From positions 49,669,741 through 49,733,740 of the forward strand of contig CM041465.1 of the NCBI GenBank assembly GCA_023213395.1: a DNA stretch of 64,000 nt, in the 5' to 3' direction. Both the position numbers and the translations under genes were made by a program. The stretch comes from Cycas panzhihuaensis (Eukaryota > Plantae > Cycadophyta). Under the pieces are notes generated by a model. That model ran no database searches, was not told the DNA's origin, and saw only the letters and a list, made by a program, of their open reading frames with translations. Positions 37,701-51,276 of the stretch are shown here, piece by piece. Every line of letters begins with the position of its first letter. Positions within the stretch are counted from its first letter, which is position 1.

Positions 37701-40700
37701 GAGGCAAAATACAGTCCAGAAGAAGAAAGAGTTGGTAGCAATTAGTCAAAAAAATTACCAAAATGGTATATAAAGACAGTTGAAGAATCAAAAAGTAATG
37801 TCTTTGAACATAGAATTCGATCTCAGAAACATCAAAGTTTAATATGTTCCATTGAACGACAAAGCTATGCAAAAGCATGTATTCATCCGAAGTGGCAAAA
37901 GCCATGGATGTAGAGATCAATGCTATAAATAAAAAAGGACTTAGGAATTAGTCATTGCAGCTAATGATAAATCAATTATTGGATGTAAATGGGTATACAA
38001 AGTCAGAAAAATCTAATGGTATCATTGAAAAATACAAGGCCAAGCTTGTAGCAAAAGGGTACACTCAGATATAGGAATAAACTACAAAGAAACCTTCTCT
38101 CCAGTGGTAAAATTGATAATTACAAGAACAATTATCGACATGGCAACATAATTTGGATAGAACATCATACAACTTAATGTAAAAAATGCCTTTTTAAATG
38201 GAGATCTAAGTGAGGAAGTCTATATGGAACAACCCTCTAGATACATAGACAAAGGTAAAGAACATCCTGTCTGCAGGCATAAATAAGGCTCTATATGGGT
38301 TAAAATAGGCACCCAGAGCTTGGTACGCAAAATTGGATCAACATCTCAAACCAAAAAGCTTCAGTCAGTGCAAATCTGATCCTAGCCTCTATGTCAAAAT
38401 AAATAAAAGTGGTCTAATCACTATTATAGTAGTTTATATAGATGATATGATAGTTATTAGAAATGATGATAACATAATTTGTCAAGTAAAAATCCATATG
38501 GAAAACGTGTTTGAAATGACGAACGTGAGATTATTTCATTACTATCTTGGTATTGAAGTAGATCAAAAAAAAGATTCTGTATTTATATCTTAAACAAACT
38601 ATGCAAAAAACCTCCTTAAAAATTTTAAAATAGAAGATTGTAATGCCTGTATAACCCCAATGAAAATAGGGTGCATCCTGACTGCAGATGAAGGTGAACA
38701 AAAAGTTGATGAAACTTTGTACAGACAACTCGTAGGTAGCCTCATTTATCTTACAACCCGTCGGCTAGACATTTCGTATTCAGTTGAAATAATCTCTAGG
38801 TACATGCAATCTCCAAAAGTTTCTCATTGGAATGTTGCCAAAAGAATATTGTGTGAAAAGAGGCTAGATGGCCTCAACAACCCCTAGATCTAGAAACTAG
38901 CATCACTCTAGTTCTAGTTGCAGAAATATAAACAAGTATAATAAACTCAAGGCAAAGAGAAAGCAAAGAGACAAAACTTGAATGAAGAAGCAAGAGAAAA
39001 TGATACCCAATATGTGGAGTTGGAATTGGTCCAACCTCCCAAGAAGAAACAATTTGATTAGCAAACTGATAGCATAACAATACAGCTCCAACTCTTGTGT
39101 GAGACAATGAGGAGAGCTCTCATTATATAGAGTGAAATGAGAGACCTAAGGCCTTGGATGTTTGACAAGTGTCAAACATCCAAGATACATGCCTTGCATG
39201 TTGGACATGTGTCCTTTTGGGCTCTCATGTGAGCAAAAGTGCATGAGGGTCCATTTGACCCTTTAGTGATAATGTTGTGTCACTAGGAAAGAATGTGGGT
39301 GTGCACTTTATCACTTAAGTGATAAGTCACCCCTAAAGTAAAAAGTGCATATATTACATGAAAAATAAAGTACATTAACTTAACATTTAAACATAAGGTT
39401 TAACACCCCCTTCATTTACAATGTTAAGTCGAACACCAAGACCATCTCTGATTTTACAAACTTTTCTCTACCAAGAGGTTTGGTAAAGATGTCTGCTGCG
39501 CTCATCTGTGGAGTGCATCGGAGGTTGATCTCACCATTCTGAACATGTTCTCTGATGAAGTGATGGTGAACCTCGATGTGTTTTGTCCGTGCATGAAAGA
39601 CTGGATTCTTAGCTAACTTGAGCACACTTTGATTGTCGCAATGTATCCTAGTGGGGTGACCCTGCTCAAGTCCAAGTTCCCCAAGAATCCGTCATAGCCA
39701 GATAGCCTCACAAGCTGCGCTGACTGCAGCTTTGTACTCTGCTTCGGTGGAGGACAAGGTAACATTGGGTTGCTTCTTGCAACTCCACGAAACAATTGCT
39801 GAACCAAGGGAAAAACAGTATCCCGAGGTTGATCTCCTGCCATCCTGGCAACCTGCCTAATCAAAATCTGAGAACCCTTCCAGAGTGAAGTTCTCATTAT
39901 GTGCATACTCAAGGCCATCTTTGTAATGTGCCTTTGATGTACTTAAGTATCGTTTGGGTCGCATTCGGTGTATCTGATTGGGTTGAGACATGTAGCGTGA
40001 GCAAATCCCAACAGCAAATGAAATGTCCGGTCGAGTGTTGGTGAGATAAATGAGGCTCCCAATCAACTGCCGGTAAAGTGTGGGATCTGTAGGTGCAGCT
40101 TCCTCATTGAGAGTAAGCTTAGATCCATTCTCCATTGGTGTAGGCGTTTCTGATCGTGCATCCTGAACCGTTGCAAAATGTCCCAAGAATATTTTGCTTG
40201 GGAGATGAAGATATAGCCTGGCTGTTGCCATATCTCAAAGCCTAAAAAATAATGGAGAAGTCCAAGATCATCATCTCGAAACTTCTCTTCAAATCATCTT
40301 GGAGAATATGAATCATCTTAGTGTCACTACCAGTGATCACTAAGTCATCTACATACAAGGCAACAAAAATTACATGGTTTTTTCCATTTTTTATATACAA
40401 ATTAGGATCTGAAGTAGATCGATGAAATCCATGTCTCAAGAAGTAGTCATCGATCTTCGAGTACCATGCCCTTGGAGCTTGCTTCAAGCCATATAATGCC
40501 TTTTTTAGGCGATATACAAGATGCTCCTTGCCTTGTACTTTGTATCCGGAAGGTTGCTCCAAATACACATCCTCTTGAAGATCGCCATTAAGAAAGGCGC
40601 TCTTCACATCCATCTAGTAAACAGGCCATTTGCATTGAGAAGCTAAGGCCAAGAGAAGTCTGATGGTATTCATGTTCGCCACTGGTGCAAAAGTTTCTTC

Positions 40701-42720
40701 ATAATCTATGCCTTTCTTTTGTTTAAAACCTTTTGCGACAAGGCGTGCTTTCTGCCTTTTAAGTGAACCATCAGAATGGAATTTGGTCTTGTAGACCCAT
40801 TTGCAAGCGATTGCTGTTTGTGTTTAGGCAATTCAACCAAATTCCAAGTACCATTCTTTTCAATAGAATGGATTTCTTCATCCATGGCGACCTTCCAATT
40901 TTCATTTTAGAAGCCTCCTCAAAGTGGAAGGCTCATCAACACAAAGCACTTGACCATAAGTGCATAATTGGTTTCTTAGATATTTAGATGGACGTTCTCC
41001 TTCAATGATGTGACCGTCCTGAACTGTTTGTGTGTACCATTTGGGTAACTTTTGAATTGAAGTTACTTGAACCTCAAGATCTTCTGGTGTAAGTGGTTGG
41101 TCAACAGAAGATGTGCTTGGATCAAGTGGAGCAAATTCAATTGAAGTAGACGGTCTAGCTAGTGCTGATGATGAACATGGTGTAGAGGATTGAGAGGAAG
41201 GAAGGCCTCAACAATCTTCTTGCCTTTGTCAATGGGAGGTTGCATGGATGTTGTTTGCACCTCCGGTGATCTTCTTGAGAAAGATGACATCTCTTGAGAG
41301 ATGCATTTTCTTCCCTATAGGATCATACAACTTGTAGGCTTTGTTGTGAATGGCGTAACCTACAAAGATGCATTTTAGACTATGCTTGTCTAATTTCTTC
41401 CTTTCGATCGGGAATGTGCATATAAGCGGTGCACCCAAAAGTCCTCAAATGGTCGGTGAGGCTTTTGCGGACCATGCCTCCTCGGGTGTCATGTTGGTGG
41501 CTGTTGTAGTAGGATGCGATTGGCCACATAAGCATTGTGTGAAATGCTTACTTGATGGCTCGAGTGAGTCCTTGTGCATGCATCATAGCTTTGGCTTTAT
41601 TGGCCAAAGTTACATTCATCCGTTCGGAGACTCCATTTTGTTGAGGAGTGTGAGGTATCGTCGGTTGTCTCCGAATGCGTTATCCTTGCGATTGGGTGAA
41701 TTCATTTGATGTAAATTCACCTCCATTGTCATCTGAATGTTTTGATTGAATGGCCAGACTCATTTTCCACTTCAAGTTTGAATTCTTTGAACTTGGAAAA
41801 TGCTTCATATTTGTGTTTGATGAAGTAAACCCAAACTTTGTGAGAAAAATCATCAATGAAAGAGATATAATACAAAGCTCCTCTAAAAGATGATGTGGAC
41901 ATAGGTCCACATAAATCTGAATGTACTAGCTGCAGAGGATGTGATGCACGCCACGCTTTGCCTTTAGGGAAAGGCAAGCGATGCTGAGTTCCCATAATGC
42001 ACGCTTCGCAAAGACATTTCGTTCCATAAATCTTAGGAAGCCCATGTACCATGTTCTTGTTGATCATCTGCCTCAAATTGTCTAAGCTCAAATGGCCTAG
42101 ATGTTGATGCCAAAGTTGCATCTTGGGCAAGTAAGGAGTGACAATGGAACCAGAGTAAGCAGAATCAAGTGTTATATTATTTGCATCCATCTTGTAGAGG
42201 CCTTGATCCTCATAGCCATGACTACTACTTGGTCTTCTTTGTCACTAATTATACATTTCCGTTTTGGAACAATACACTCATCATTGCTTGTCCAAGCGGC
42301 TATGAGATAGTAAATTTTGTCCATTGAAGGTATTAAATAGGCATTGCCATCGGAAATATGGAGGAAGGATTTGATGAGGAAAAAATGGAGTGATTGTGCC
42401 TACTCACGAAATTTTGGTAGATTGATTATTCCCAAAGGTCAGCGATTGACCTTTGCCTTTCTTGATGTTGGTGAGGCTCTTCACTTCCGGTCATGTGTTG
42501 TGAAGCTCAGAATCAATAATCAAGTTTCATCAACCTTGGATGTACGATATGCACAAAGCAGTTTGTCTTCATCGCAAGCGATTAGAGTGGCATTGGTTGC
42601 CACCTCTGAAGCCCCCCCTTCCTCTTTGACCTCCTCAATAGGCACCTCGATTTGGTCGAGGGGGTTGTTATTCTTCTTTGTTGAAACCGCTAACTGCTGT
42701 GGCGTGGCTGCTTCATTGTA

Positions 42721-43557
42721 CTACTCTTGGTGTGGTCTTCTTTGTTGGCCTTTGGCGTAGATTTGCTTGCTTTTTCCGACACTTAGGTGCGATGTGGCCA
42801 GGTTTGCCACACATGACATACAACATTGGTCCTTGAAGACCCAATGTTCATGTTCCCAAAGCGCTTTGAAAGTGCAGTTTGGGTTGTTGTCTGACCTTTG
42901 AATTGGCCGTAGTGAATGCACTGATGTAGATGGTCCCTCCTCATTATCCTTAGTGTAGATTTGTTCTTCTTGAAGTAGCAGACTTTCAAATTCGTTGAAT
43001 GTCATAGTTTTGAGGGAACCATCTCTTGTAGTAGACGAAATAAAGCCATTGTAGTCTATCGGTAAGGCTTTGGTGATGGATGTGATCAATTCATCCCTTG
43101 TTGCTGGACTTCCAAGTGTATTCAGTTCATTACATACCTCCTTGATAGAGGAAAGAAAAGCCGACATGGGCTTGATAAATTTAATAGAATACAATTTTGC
43201 TTTAACCATTAAAATGTGAGCTTGATCTTGCCTTTCATACAATGAGGACAAGGTGTCCCAAGCTTCCTTAGAAGTGTTAGCACCAGCAATATTCTGATCT
43301 ACATGTACATCAACAATCATGTGAAGGAATGCCAAAGCAATTTCATCTTTGACTTCCCAAGCAGCAAGCAAAGCATCATCAGGTTGCACAGTAATATTCC
43401 CATTGGTAACAGTCTTTGGTCGAGGTAATCTCCCAGAAACATAACTCCAAAATTCATTCATGATTAGCAAGTTCTGAGTGAGTCTCTTCCATTCTTGATA
43501 ATTATCTTGTCCTGTTAGCCGAATAGTGCATGCATTTAGCATGTTTATGGCGACCAT
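42721..43557 (-). CDS. gag: copia Gag (278 aa, frameshifted near its C-terminus) of C5
   Basis: RLTGQDNYQEWK..WEVKDEIALAFL..TSKEAWDTLSSLYE..ALPIDYNGFISS..LLQEE copia gag pattern. Confidence 0.85.
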   Translation of the reverse strand: MVAINMLNACTIRLTGQDNYQEWKRLTQNLLIMNEFWSYVSGRLPRPKTVTNGNITVQPDDALLAAWEVKDEIALAFLHMIVDVHVDQNIAGANTSKEAWDTLSSLYERQDQAHILMVKAKLYSIKFIKPMSAFLSSIKEVCNELNTLGSPATRDELITSITKALPIDYNGFISSTTRDGSLKTMTFNEFESLLLQEEQIYTKDNEEGPSTSVHSLRPIQRSDNNPNCTFKALWEHEHWVFKDQCCMSCVANLATSHLSVGKSKQIYAKGQQRRPHQE

Positions 43558-44610
43558 GTTTCAGGTTTATAAACACTTGAAGCTAGCAAATAACTTGGAA
43601 ACTCAAAGCTTTACGCTTAAGTTCCACCTTCTAACAAAACCAACGATCCGATCTTACTAGAAGATCCAACAATGAATGGAATGATGAGGGGTGGAGGACT
43701 AGGCTATGGAGTTGGTCCAACTTGATCTTATAGAGAAGATCCAAATGTTGGCCAAGTTAAATCTAGGACAAAGGCGGTAGGGTTGATGCATGGACGTACC
43801 ATGCTTTCACAGGATTCACACATTGATAACACCCTTTTCGAACCTCCTTTCCTCAAGCAACCTTAATTGTCGTTACCGGCCAAGCGGTCGGTTGGTCCCC
43901 TAGGGAATGCACCAAGCTTAAGGTTAATTTAGAGGCAAGGTTTGAACCTTTTCGAGCCTCTCCAATGGACTTTAAGTCACTTTTTAGCGATTTTAAAGTG
44001 AACTTAGGTTTCTTTTGCTTGGAAAATGTACTTATGAAAATGCTTTGATTAAGCTTTACAAAAAAGTGGCTTCAAGAGGAAGCAATGTAAGTACATGTAT
44101 ATGAACACTTGTAGTGTTTTTTACAATGAGCGCTTTAATGAAAATGTAGTGCTATGTTGATCCAAGTAAGAAACCAAATGCTTGATTACAATAAGTTTTG
44201 CAAGGTACTTTTTGAAAAAAAAGCTCAAGTACTGAAAGAAATAATGCAAAACTTGTGATGAAGATACAAGTGGGTTCCTTTTAATGTTGAACAAATGAGG
44301 GTAAGAGAGCCACTTGCATGAAAAATAACATCAAGCACCAAGTGTTGGGACTTTAAATTAGTCCCAACGATAAAAAAAGTGATTTTTATTAAGTATTTGA
44401 GCCCTCTTTGAGACTAAGGGCAATAGGTCACCATGCAAGGTGCCTTAAAAGTGTTTTAAAATTTAGTGATGAGTATCACTTTTTGAAAAAAAACACTTAA
44501 AATCACTTAATTAACACTTGTTCAAACAATAACTAAGTGTTAAAACTTTTAAGAGCCAAAACATAGGCTAAAATTTGAAATTTTTTGCAATATGCACACT
44601 AAGGATCGAA

Positions 44611-44880
44611 TGGGGCCCACAAAGGGTCATTGGCTGCTAGACAATGTGGGGCCCACAAAGGGTCAGCTGAGCCGGATAATGGATGCCTAAAGTGTCACTG
44701 GCCGAGAACAGAGACCGTGGGGCCCTACAAAGGGTCATTGGCTGATGGACAAGATCGGGGCCCACAAAGTCTTCTTCATGTGGATAACATGGGGCCCACA
44801 AAGGGCCGCCGGACAATGAAATGTGGGGCCCTAAAGTGCTTTGGGTGAGCAGGAGGACTGTGGGGCCCACAAAGTGTCAG
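44611..44880. repeat. array of 7 GGGGCCC(AC)AAAG motifs in the C5 5' leader
   Basis: Copies at about 44611, 44647, 44718, 44756, 44790, 44824, 44861. Confidence 0.85.
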
Positions 44881-46508
44881 TGCCGAGAACATAGACTGTG
44901 ACGCTGGATCCCAGACTACAAGACTCTTCTTTTATTTTATTTTGACAAATCTGGGTTGAAAAGAGAGATAATGGAAGAATATTTTCCAAAAAAACTGAAC
45001 ATAACCCAGCTCCAGCCTTTAAAAAAAAGCTCCTAAATGCTTGATCCTACAAAAAAACCTTCAAACAAACCTTGGATCGCCTTCGGAGTGCAAAGGTCGT
45101 CACCAAGGGTTTGTTGCTTTCTTCAAAGAACTCCTTGAGCAACTGCAAAAAAATGGTAGAACAGAGGGAGCTAGTCTCCTCTTGCTCTGATACCAAATGT
45201 GAAAAGAGACTAGATGGCCTCAACAGTCCCTAGATCTAGAAACTAGCATCACTCTAGTTCTAGTTGCAGAAATATAAACAAGTATAATAAACTCAAGGCA
45301 AAGAGAAAGCAAAGAGACAAAACTTGAATGAAGGAGCAAGAGAAAATGATACCCAATATGTGGAGTTGGAATTGGTCCAACCTCCCAAGAAGAAACAATT
45401 TGATTAGCAAACTGATAGCATAACAATACAGCTCCAACTCTTGTGTGAGACAATGAGGAGAGCTCTCATTATATAGAGTGAAATGAGAGACCTAAGGCCT
45501 TGGATGTTTGACAAGTGTCAAACATCCAAGATACATGCCTTGCATGTTGGACATGTGTCCTTTTGGGCTCTCATGTGAGCAAAAGTGCATGAGGGTCCAT
45601 TTGACCCTTTAGTGAGAACGTTGTGTCACTAGAAAGAATGTGGGTGTGCACTTTATCACTTAAGTGATAAGTCACCCCTAAAGTAAAAAGTGCATATATT
45701 ACATGAAAAATAAAAGTACATTAACTTAACATTTAAACATAAGGTTTAACATATTGAGGTATATCAAAGGAACTTCAACACTAGGACTTAGTTATACCAA
45801 GGCATAAAACTTTGAACTGATAGGTTATAGCGATTCAAACAGGGCTAAAACTCAACAAGAGAGAAAATCCACATCTAGATACTACTTCACTCTGGGGTCT
45901 GTTGTTACATCATGGAGTAGCAAAAAATAATCCATTGTAGCTCTATCCTCAACAAAAGTAGAATACAAGGTAGCTATAACTGCCACATGTGAAGTAGTGT
46001 GGTTAAAACAATTGTTCAAAGACTTAATATAGGAACAAAATCAAGCTACCTCTAATTCTTGCCACAATCAAAGTGTTATCAAGATGACTAAGAATATTGT
46101 GTTTCACACCATAACAAAATACATTAAAGTACATCATCATTTTATCAAAGAGAAAGTATAAGCAAAGCAAATAGACCTACAGTATTATACCAATGAAGAA
46201 AAACTTGCAGACATATTTATGAATCCTTTATCAAAGGAAAAATTCCAATATTTCAGAGATATGCTTGGTGTCAAAAATAAAAGATAAAACATTAAGAGAG
46301 GCCATTAGAGTAGTAATGTTTTATCTTTATATTTTCTAAAGTTAAGTTGAGGGTTATGTGTCCAACCCCTCTTTCATTATGTCTTGACACTTGGCCTACA
46401 TGCATAGGCTCACTTGTATACGTTGCATGTATTTACATAAGAATATTTCTCTCTCTCTTATTAATGCAAGGAAGTAACTTCTTATTATGTTCTTATTGTT
46501 GTGATAAT

Positions 46509-48745
46509 GTTGCCTATTTTAGTATTCTCGATAAGAAAAGGTTCAAATTAGATAATAAAATCATTAAATATAATATGGTTAAGTATAGTAGCAAATCAAA
46601 AGCATACAGGTGTATGGATCCAAAAACAAACAAATTTTACATCAGAAAAAATGTCACCTTTGACGATACCTCAACAAAAGCAAGTTCCTCAAAAGAAAGC
46701 ATAATTCAAGAGGAAGTCATAGAAATGCCAGATAAAGAGATAACACCACGAGCAGAATGTGTCCCAAAGGCTAGTCCTCAAGAGGCAAGAGAAATAACAT
46801 CACAGATGGAATATGTCCCAGAACTTGGTCCTCAAGAGGTAAGAGAACACCAAAATGAACCTCAAGAATTAGGTGAACAAAGGGAAATTATTCAAATAGA
46901 AAAGAAGCTACCCAAGTGGTATTTGAAAACCCTAGAAGAAATAAGAGGAGAAACCTTTGAGCATAGAAGAAGATCTCAAAATCATCAAGCTTAGCATGCT
47001 CAATTGGACAAAGAAATTATGAGTAAGCCTATAGAAACCTAGAATGGCAAGATGCTATGGACAAAGAAATGCCTACCATAAAGCAAAATAATAGACGGGA
47101 ACTTGTTTCTTCTCTAGAAGGCAAACCAATAGTTGGTTGTAAATATCTTGTAAAAATTTAATGGTAGCATTGAAAAATATGAGGTCAAGCTTATAGCAAA
47201 AGGATACGCTTAGACTACAAACATTGACTATAAATAAACATTTACTCCAATAGCAAAAATGACAGCAATCTACATTGTCATTGTTATGGTAGCTCAATAC
47301 GGATGAGAAATTATACAACTTGATGTAAAAAGTGCCTTCCTCAATGATTATTTCGGAGAAGAACTATATATGGAGCAACCTCTAGAGTATACAATAAAAG
47401 GGGAAGAACATCTGGTCTATAAATTAAAAAAGGCCTCGTATGGCCTAAAACAAGCACCACAAGCTTAGCATCCATCTCAAAGGAAAAGGCTTCAACTGAT
47501 GCGAGTTTGATCCAAGTCTATACATAAAAAACAAAGGAGATGACCTTATCACCATACTTGTTGTATATGTAGATGGCATGATCATCACTGACAATGATCA
47601 TGAAACAATCAAATGGGTAAGGATACAAATGGAGAGTAATGTTTAGATGACAAACATAGGCCTACTCCACTACTATCTTGGTATTGAATTGAATCAAAAA
47701 ATGAATACTATCTTCATCTCCCAAATGAAATATGCCAAAAATCTTCTAAAAAAATCTAACATAAAAGAGTGCAAACCATGTGCCACTCCCATGGAAATAG
47801 GATGTGTCTTGACTTTAGATAAAGGAAATAAAGAGGTAAGTGAAACTCTTTATCAACAACTGGTTAGAAGCCTCATTTACTTAATAGCTACAAGGCCAGA
47901 TACGCCATATTCTGTGCAAATGGTTTTTAGATATATGCATGCTCCCAAGGTCTCTCACTAAAATATAGCCAAACACATCCTATGATATATCAAAGGCACA
48001 AGAAATCTAGGATTAAACTATAGCAAAGCTACTAAGCTTGAGTTAGTTGGGTACAATGATTCAAACTGGGCAGGTGAACAACAAGAGAGAAAGTCCACTT
48101 CTGGGTATTGCTTCAATCTAGGTTTGGTTCTCACTTGCTAGAGTAGCAAAAAGGAACCCATTGTGGCCCTATCATCAATAGAAGTTGAATACAAATATAT
48201 AGTAAGTGCAACTTCTTAAGCGATTTGACTGAGGCAACTACTTAAGGATCTAAATCAAGAACGCATTAATGCAACTTCAATCTTCTATGACAATCAGAGT
48301 GTCATCAAGATGACCAAAAATTTTGTCTTCGATGCTAGAACAAAGCACATAGAAGTATAGCATCATTTCATCAGAGAGAAAGTTCAAGTCAAGGAAATAG
48401 ATCTTCAGTACTATAGTAGTGAGAAGCAACTTGCAAACATTTTTACAAAGCCTATGCCAAAGGACAAATTTCAATATTTCAGGAATCAACTAAGAGTAAA
48501 AGACAAAGGATAAAACATTAAGGGAGGGTGTTGAATATTAATATTTTATCCTATATTTTACTCTAGGGTCCTTAAGATGTCATTAAGGGTCGTGTGTCAT
48601 GTCCCCTCTCTACTCTTAAGTCACCACTTGGCTTTCATGCACTTAACCACTTTTGTAGACATTACATATATATTTGTATAAGAGATCCTCACAAGAATGA
48701 ATGAGAATGAGCTTTCTTCTCTTCCTTTGTTCATGTTTTCCAACA
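46509..48745 (+). mobile_element. Ty1/copia element C6, 3' half only (INT C-terminus, RT, RH, 3' LTR)
   Basis: DKKRFKLD..YSSKSKAYRCMDP..NVTFD; LDVKSAFLN; LKQAP; YYLGIE; DNQSVIKM..RTKHIEV; PPT AGGGAGGG 48521-48528; LTR 48529-48745. Confidence 0.9.
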
Positions 48746-51276
48746 TATTCTTCGCTAAACAACTTTATGTTTGGTTCCTTTTATGCTTGTTCCTCTTCTT
48801 CAACTCTTGAGAAGAAACCTATCTTCACCTTGCTTAAACTCACAACTTTAGATTTATAACCTTACAAAGTGATGAACATATTGGGTGTCCACTTGCAATT
48901 ACCTAGAACCCAATTACATAACAAAGCACAATATGCAGCAACCACCTATTGCTAATCTCGAATAAATTGTTGCAATTCATGCTGCCATCCTCAAAGGATA
49001 TCCCAACCATGAACTCAGTGCATGACTTCACTTAATAAAACTTCAAATACAAACTCCAATTGAAGCACTTAACAACTATGCAAAATGCATTAATCTACTT
49101 GATATGACATTTTCACATGTATTTCTCATTAATGGGTTCTCACAATTATCTCTTGAAACCACAAAAATCATAGTTTGTTATAAGAAAAAACTTGCCAATT
49201 GAAAAATATTCTTTGAAAACATAAAAAATAAGTTCGTCAAAGGTCTCTCCACTACACGTATAAACTTCAACCTTAAAAGACTCTCAAAAATCAAAAACCA
49301 ATATACCCTTCTAGTTATTTGTTTCAAAGGCATTGAAACAAGCTTCTCAACAAATTTAACGAAATTAAAATTTGAGTTCATATGTGAAAGTTATAATGGA
49401 AAAATCGAGTGGAGGTATCAAATTATTTTCTAGAGGTTGTTAATTAGGCATTTAACCCTTTTTATTTTAGCTACAGGTCACGTGTTTTTCACCATATGAC
49501 CACCTATTGATGAAATGAGGGCTTTGGTAGATTTCAAAAGTCATTCAAATATAATTTTTTTTTTAATGTAACTTTAAAAAAATATTATAAACCAAAGTGA
49601 AATTTCATCATTTTGTTGGTCAGTGGGTGAGGGTTTCACCATGCGACTCTTGTGAGATGATCAAAGACAAACCTGAGGGATGTAATGGCGAATAAAGCTA
49701 GTATAATAGGATAAAACTCCAGATCTACCACAAAATGCCCTTGTAGCTCCAAGACAATGCCAATAATGATGTAAATAAGGAGTAAATGCTGCTCTTCGCA
49801 TGTCAACGTAGGTGCATATTCATTGGTAGTTTTGCAAGATATTAATCTAGCTCAACAAATGTCAAGCTCCATGGCATAGCTACCAAGCAATCCGAAGCTA
49901 GTTAGTAACAATGTCTCACAACGTTCTACAAAGTAAACTCATGATGATCTTCATGAAAAATGATAGATTTATAGCAATGGTTAGGGCTTATCAAAGAATA
50001 AGCTCCATTCATCTTAGTCGTTGCCCGCATCCTCTTTGCATTATAAACTCTGCTTCTCTACATCAATAAATTCTTAGAGTAAAGACAATCACAATAGTAG
50101 ATAATAGTAGATAGTAAATATGCATTTGAGAATATAAGTGCCCTTTCATCTTCTAATCAACACATAAAATACCCTCTCATAGGCTTGCAAAACTATCCAC
50201 AGGGTTTTCTTCTACCATAGATATGCTAGGATTTTACTTATCAATTTCTTGCTATGACAGAATCGATGTGTTAGTTCAGCTTGCACAGATTTCATTCTGG
50301 CAACAAATCCCAAGGAGGGACACTTGCAAGTACCTTCAAAATGAGTTTTATTGTCTTCAACAAACCTACAAAAATCAACTCCCTATCATCATCACCTCCA
50401 TCCAATAATGGTGGCCTCATTCATGCAGATCTTCCTTGTGCCTTCAACATCACCATCACCTATATGAGCTTTTGGATTTTTTAGCATTCGGCTCCATAGC
50501 TATATGCCTTTAACAACACTCCACAAACACAACATCAAGAACAAACTTGTACTAGGATTTCATGGACATTCATAGACTTATCATCGTCCATCTACAAACA
50601 ATCCTACTTCAACTACCATACTCCACATCTAGCATCCAAATTTTTTGAAGTGCCATCTTCCATCAACATAACAACTTCATTACCATGAGCATTTAAGTCT
50701 ACTATGTGGGCCTCAAACAACCGACAACTAGCCACCATCAATTGCCATAGCAAGGTGATTAGGCCTACATACACGATCCAACAACACTCTTTTCGTAGGT
50801 CACTTCAAGGTGGTCTATGTGACCTTATTCCATGCTCATAATTGTCTCATCATCCTATGAGACTTGTCTCAACATCCTATGAGACCATGTGACACTTGTG
50901 TCAATATCCTTTAAGACCTTATCCATGCATATACTCTTTATTTCCTCAGCAAAAGGAAAATATTAAAATAATTGAAATGTGGACTCACAATTAAAAAATC
51001 TTGCATGCAATATTTTTAAGCTAGCCACATGCATAAGCATCTATCCATTAAATAAATTTCTAAAAAAATATTATCGTAGTTTAAGATCGTAATATCTCAA
51101 TGCAAGTGCAACTCATCCTCATTCATGATTGTCCAATATATTAGGCATAGTTTCTACAAACAAGTTCTAATGAACCTCCAAACAAATACAAGTGATGCAT
51201 ATATGGGATACAAACCATGGCTTGAATAATCAGAAATTCTCATAATCCAACCATCTGCTTTGAGGATTAACCATCA

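Larger units (their letters stand above)
38852..45751 (-). mobile_element. Ty1/copia element C5, full length, youngest datable insertion in the window
   Basis: 554-bp LTRs 38852-39405 and 45198-45751 (about 6 substitutions plus 2 indels); perfect TSD TATTG; PBS rc GCTCTGATACCA 45184-45195; PPT rc 39406-39413; gag ORF 42721-43557, INT 41729-42190, RT 40242-40613, RH 39416-39625. Confidence 0.97.
35350..46508 (+). mobile_element. Ty1/copia element C4, no 5' LTR or PBS found, interrupted by C5
   Basis: gag from 35421 (MASVFSLSDSDKLTGQNYNAW), PR ~36230, INT 36800-37470, RT 37900-38851 resuming at 45757 (AKRILRYIKGT), RH to ~46280; PPT 46295-46301; 3' LTR 46303-~46508. Confidence 0.9.

Noticed and set aside
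44611-44880. Repeat-spacer pattern resembling a CRISPR array
   Set aside because: Core only about 13 bp, spacers irregular and related to each other, no cas genes, inside a plant retrotransposon leader.
38874-45453. Duplicate hydrophobic ORFs MSHTRVGAV.. / MELYCYA..
   Set aside because: They lie in the two C5 LTRs; hydrophobicity reflects T/C-rich LTR sequence, with no evidence for an env or membrane gene.
46347-46994. 215-aa ORF
   Set aside because: Chimeric read-through from the C4 3' LTR into the C6 integrase C-terminus.
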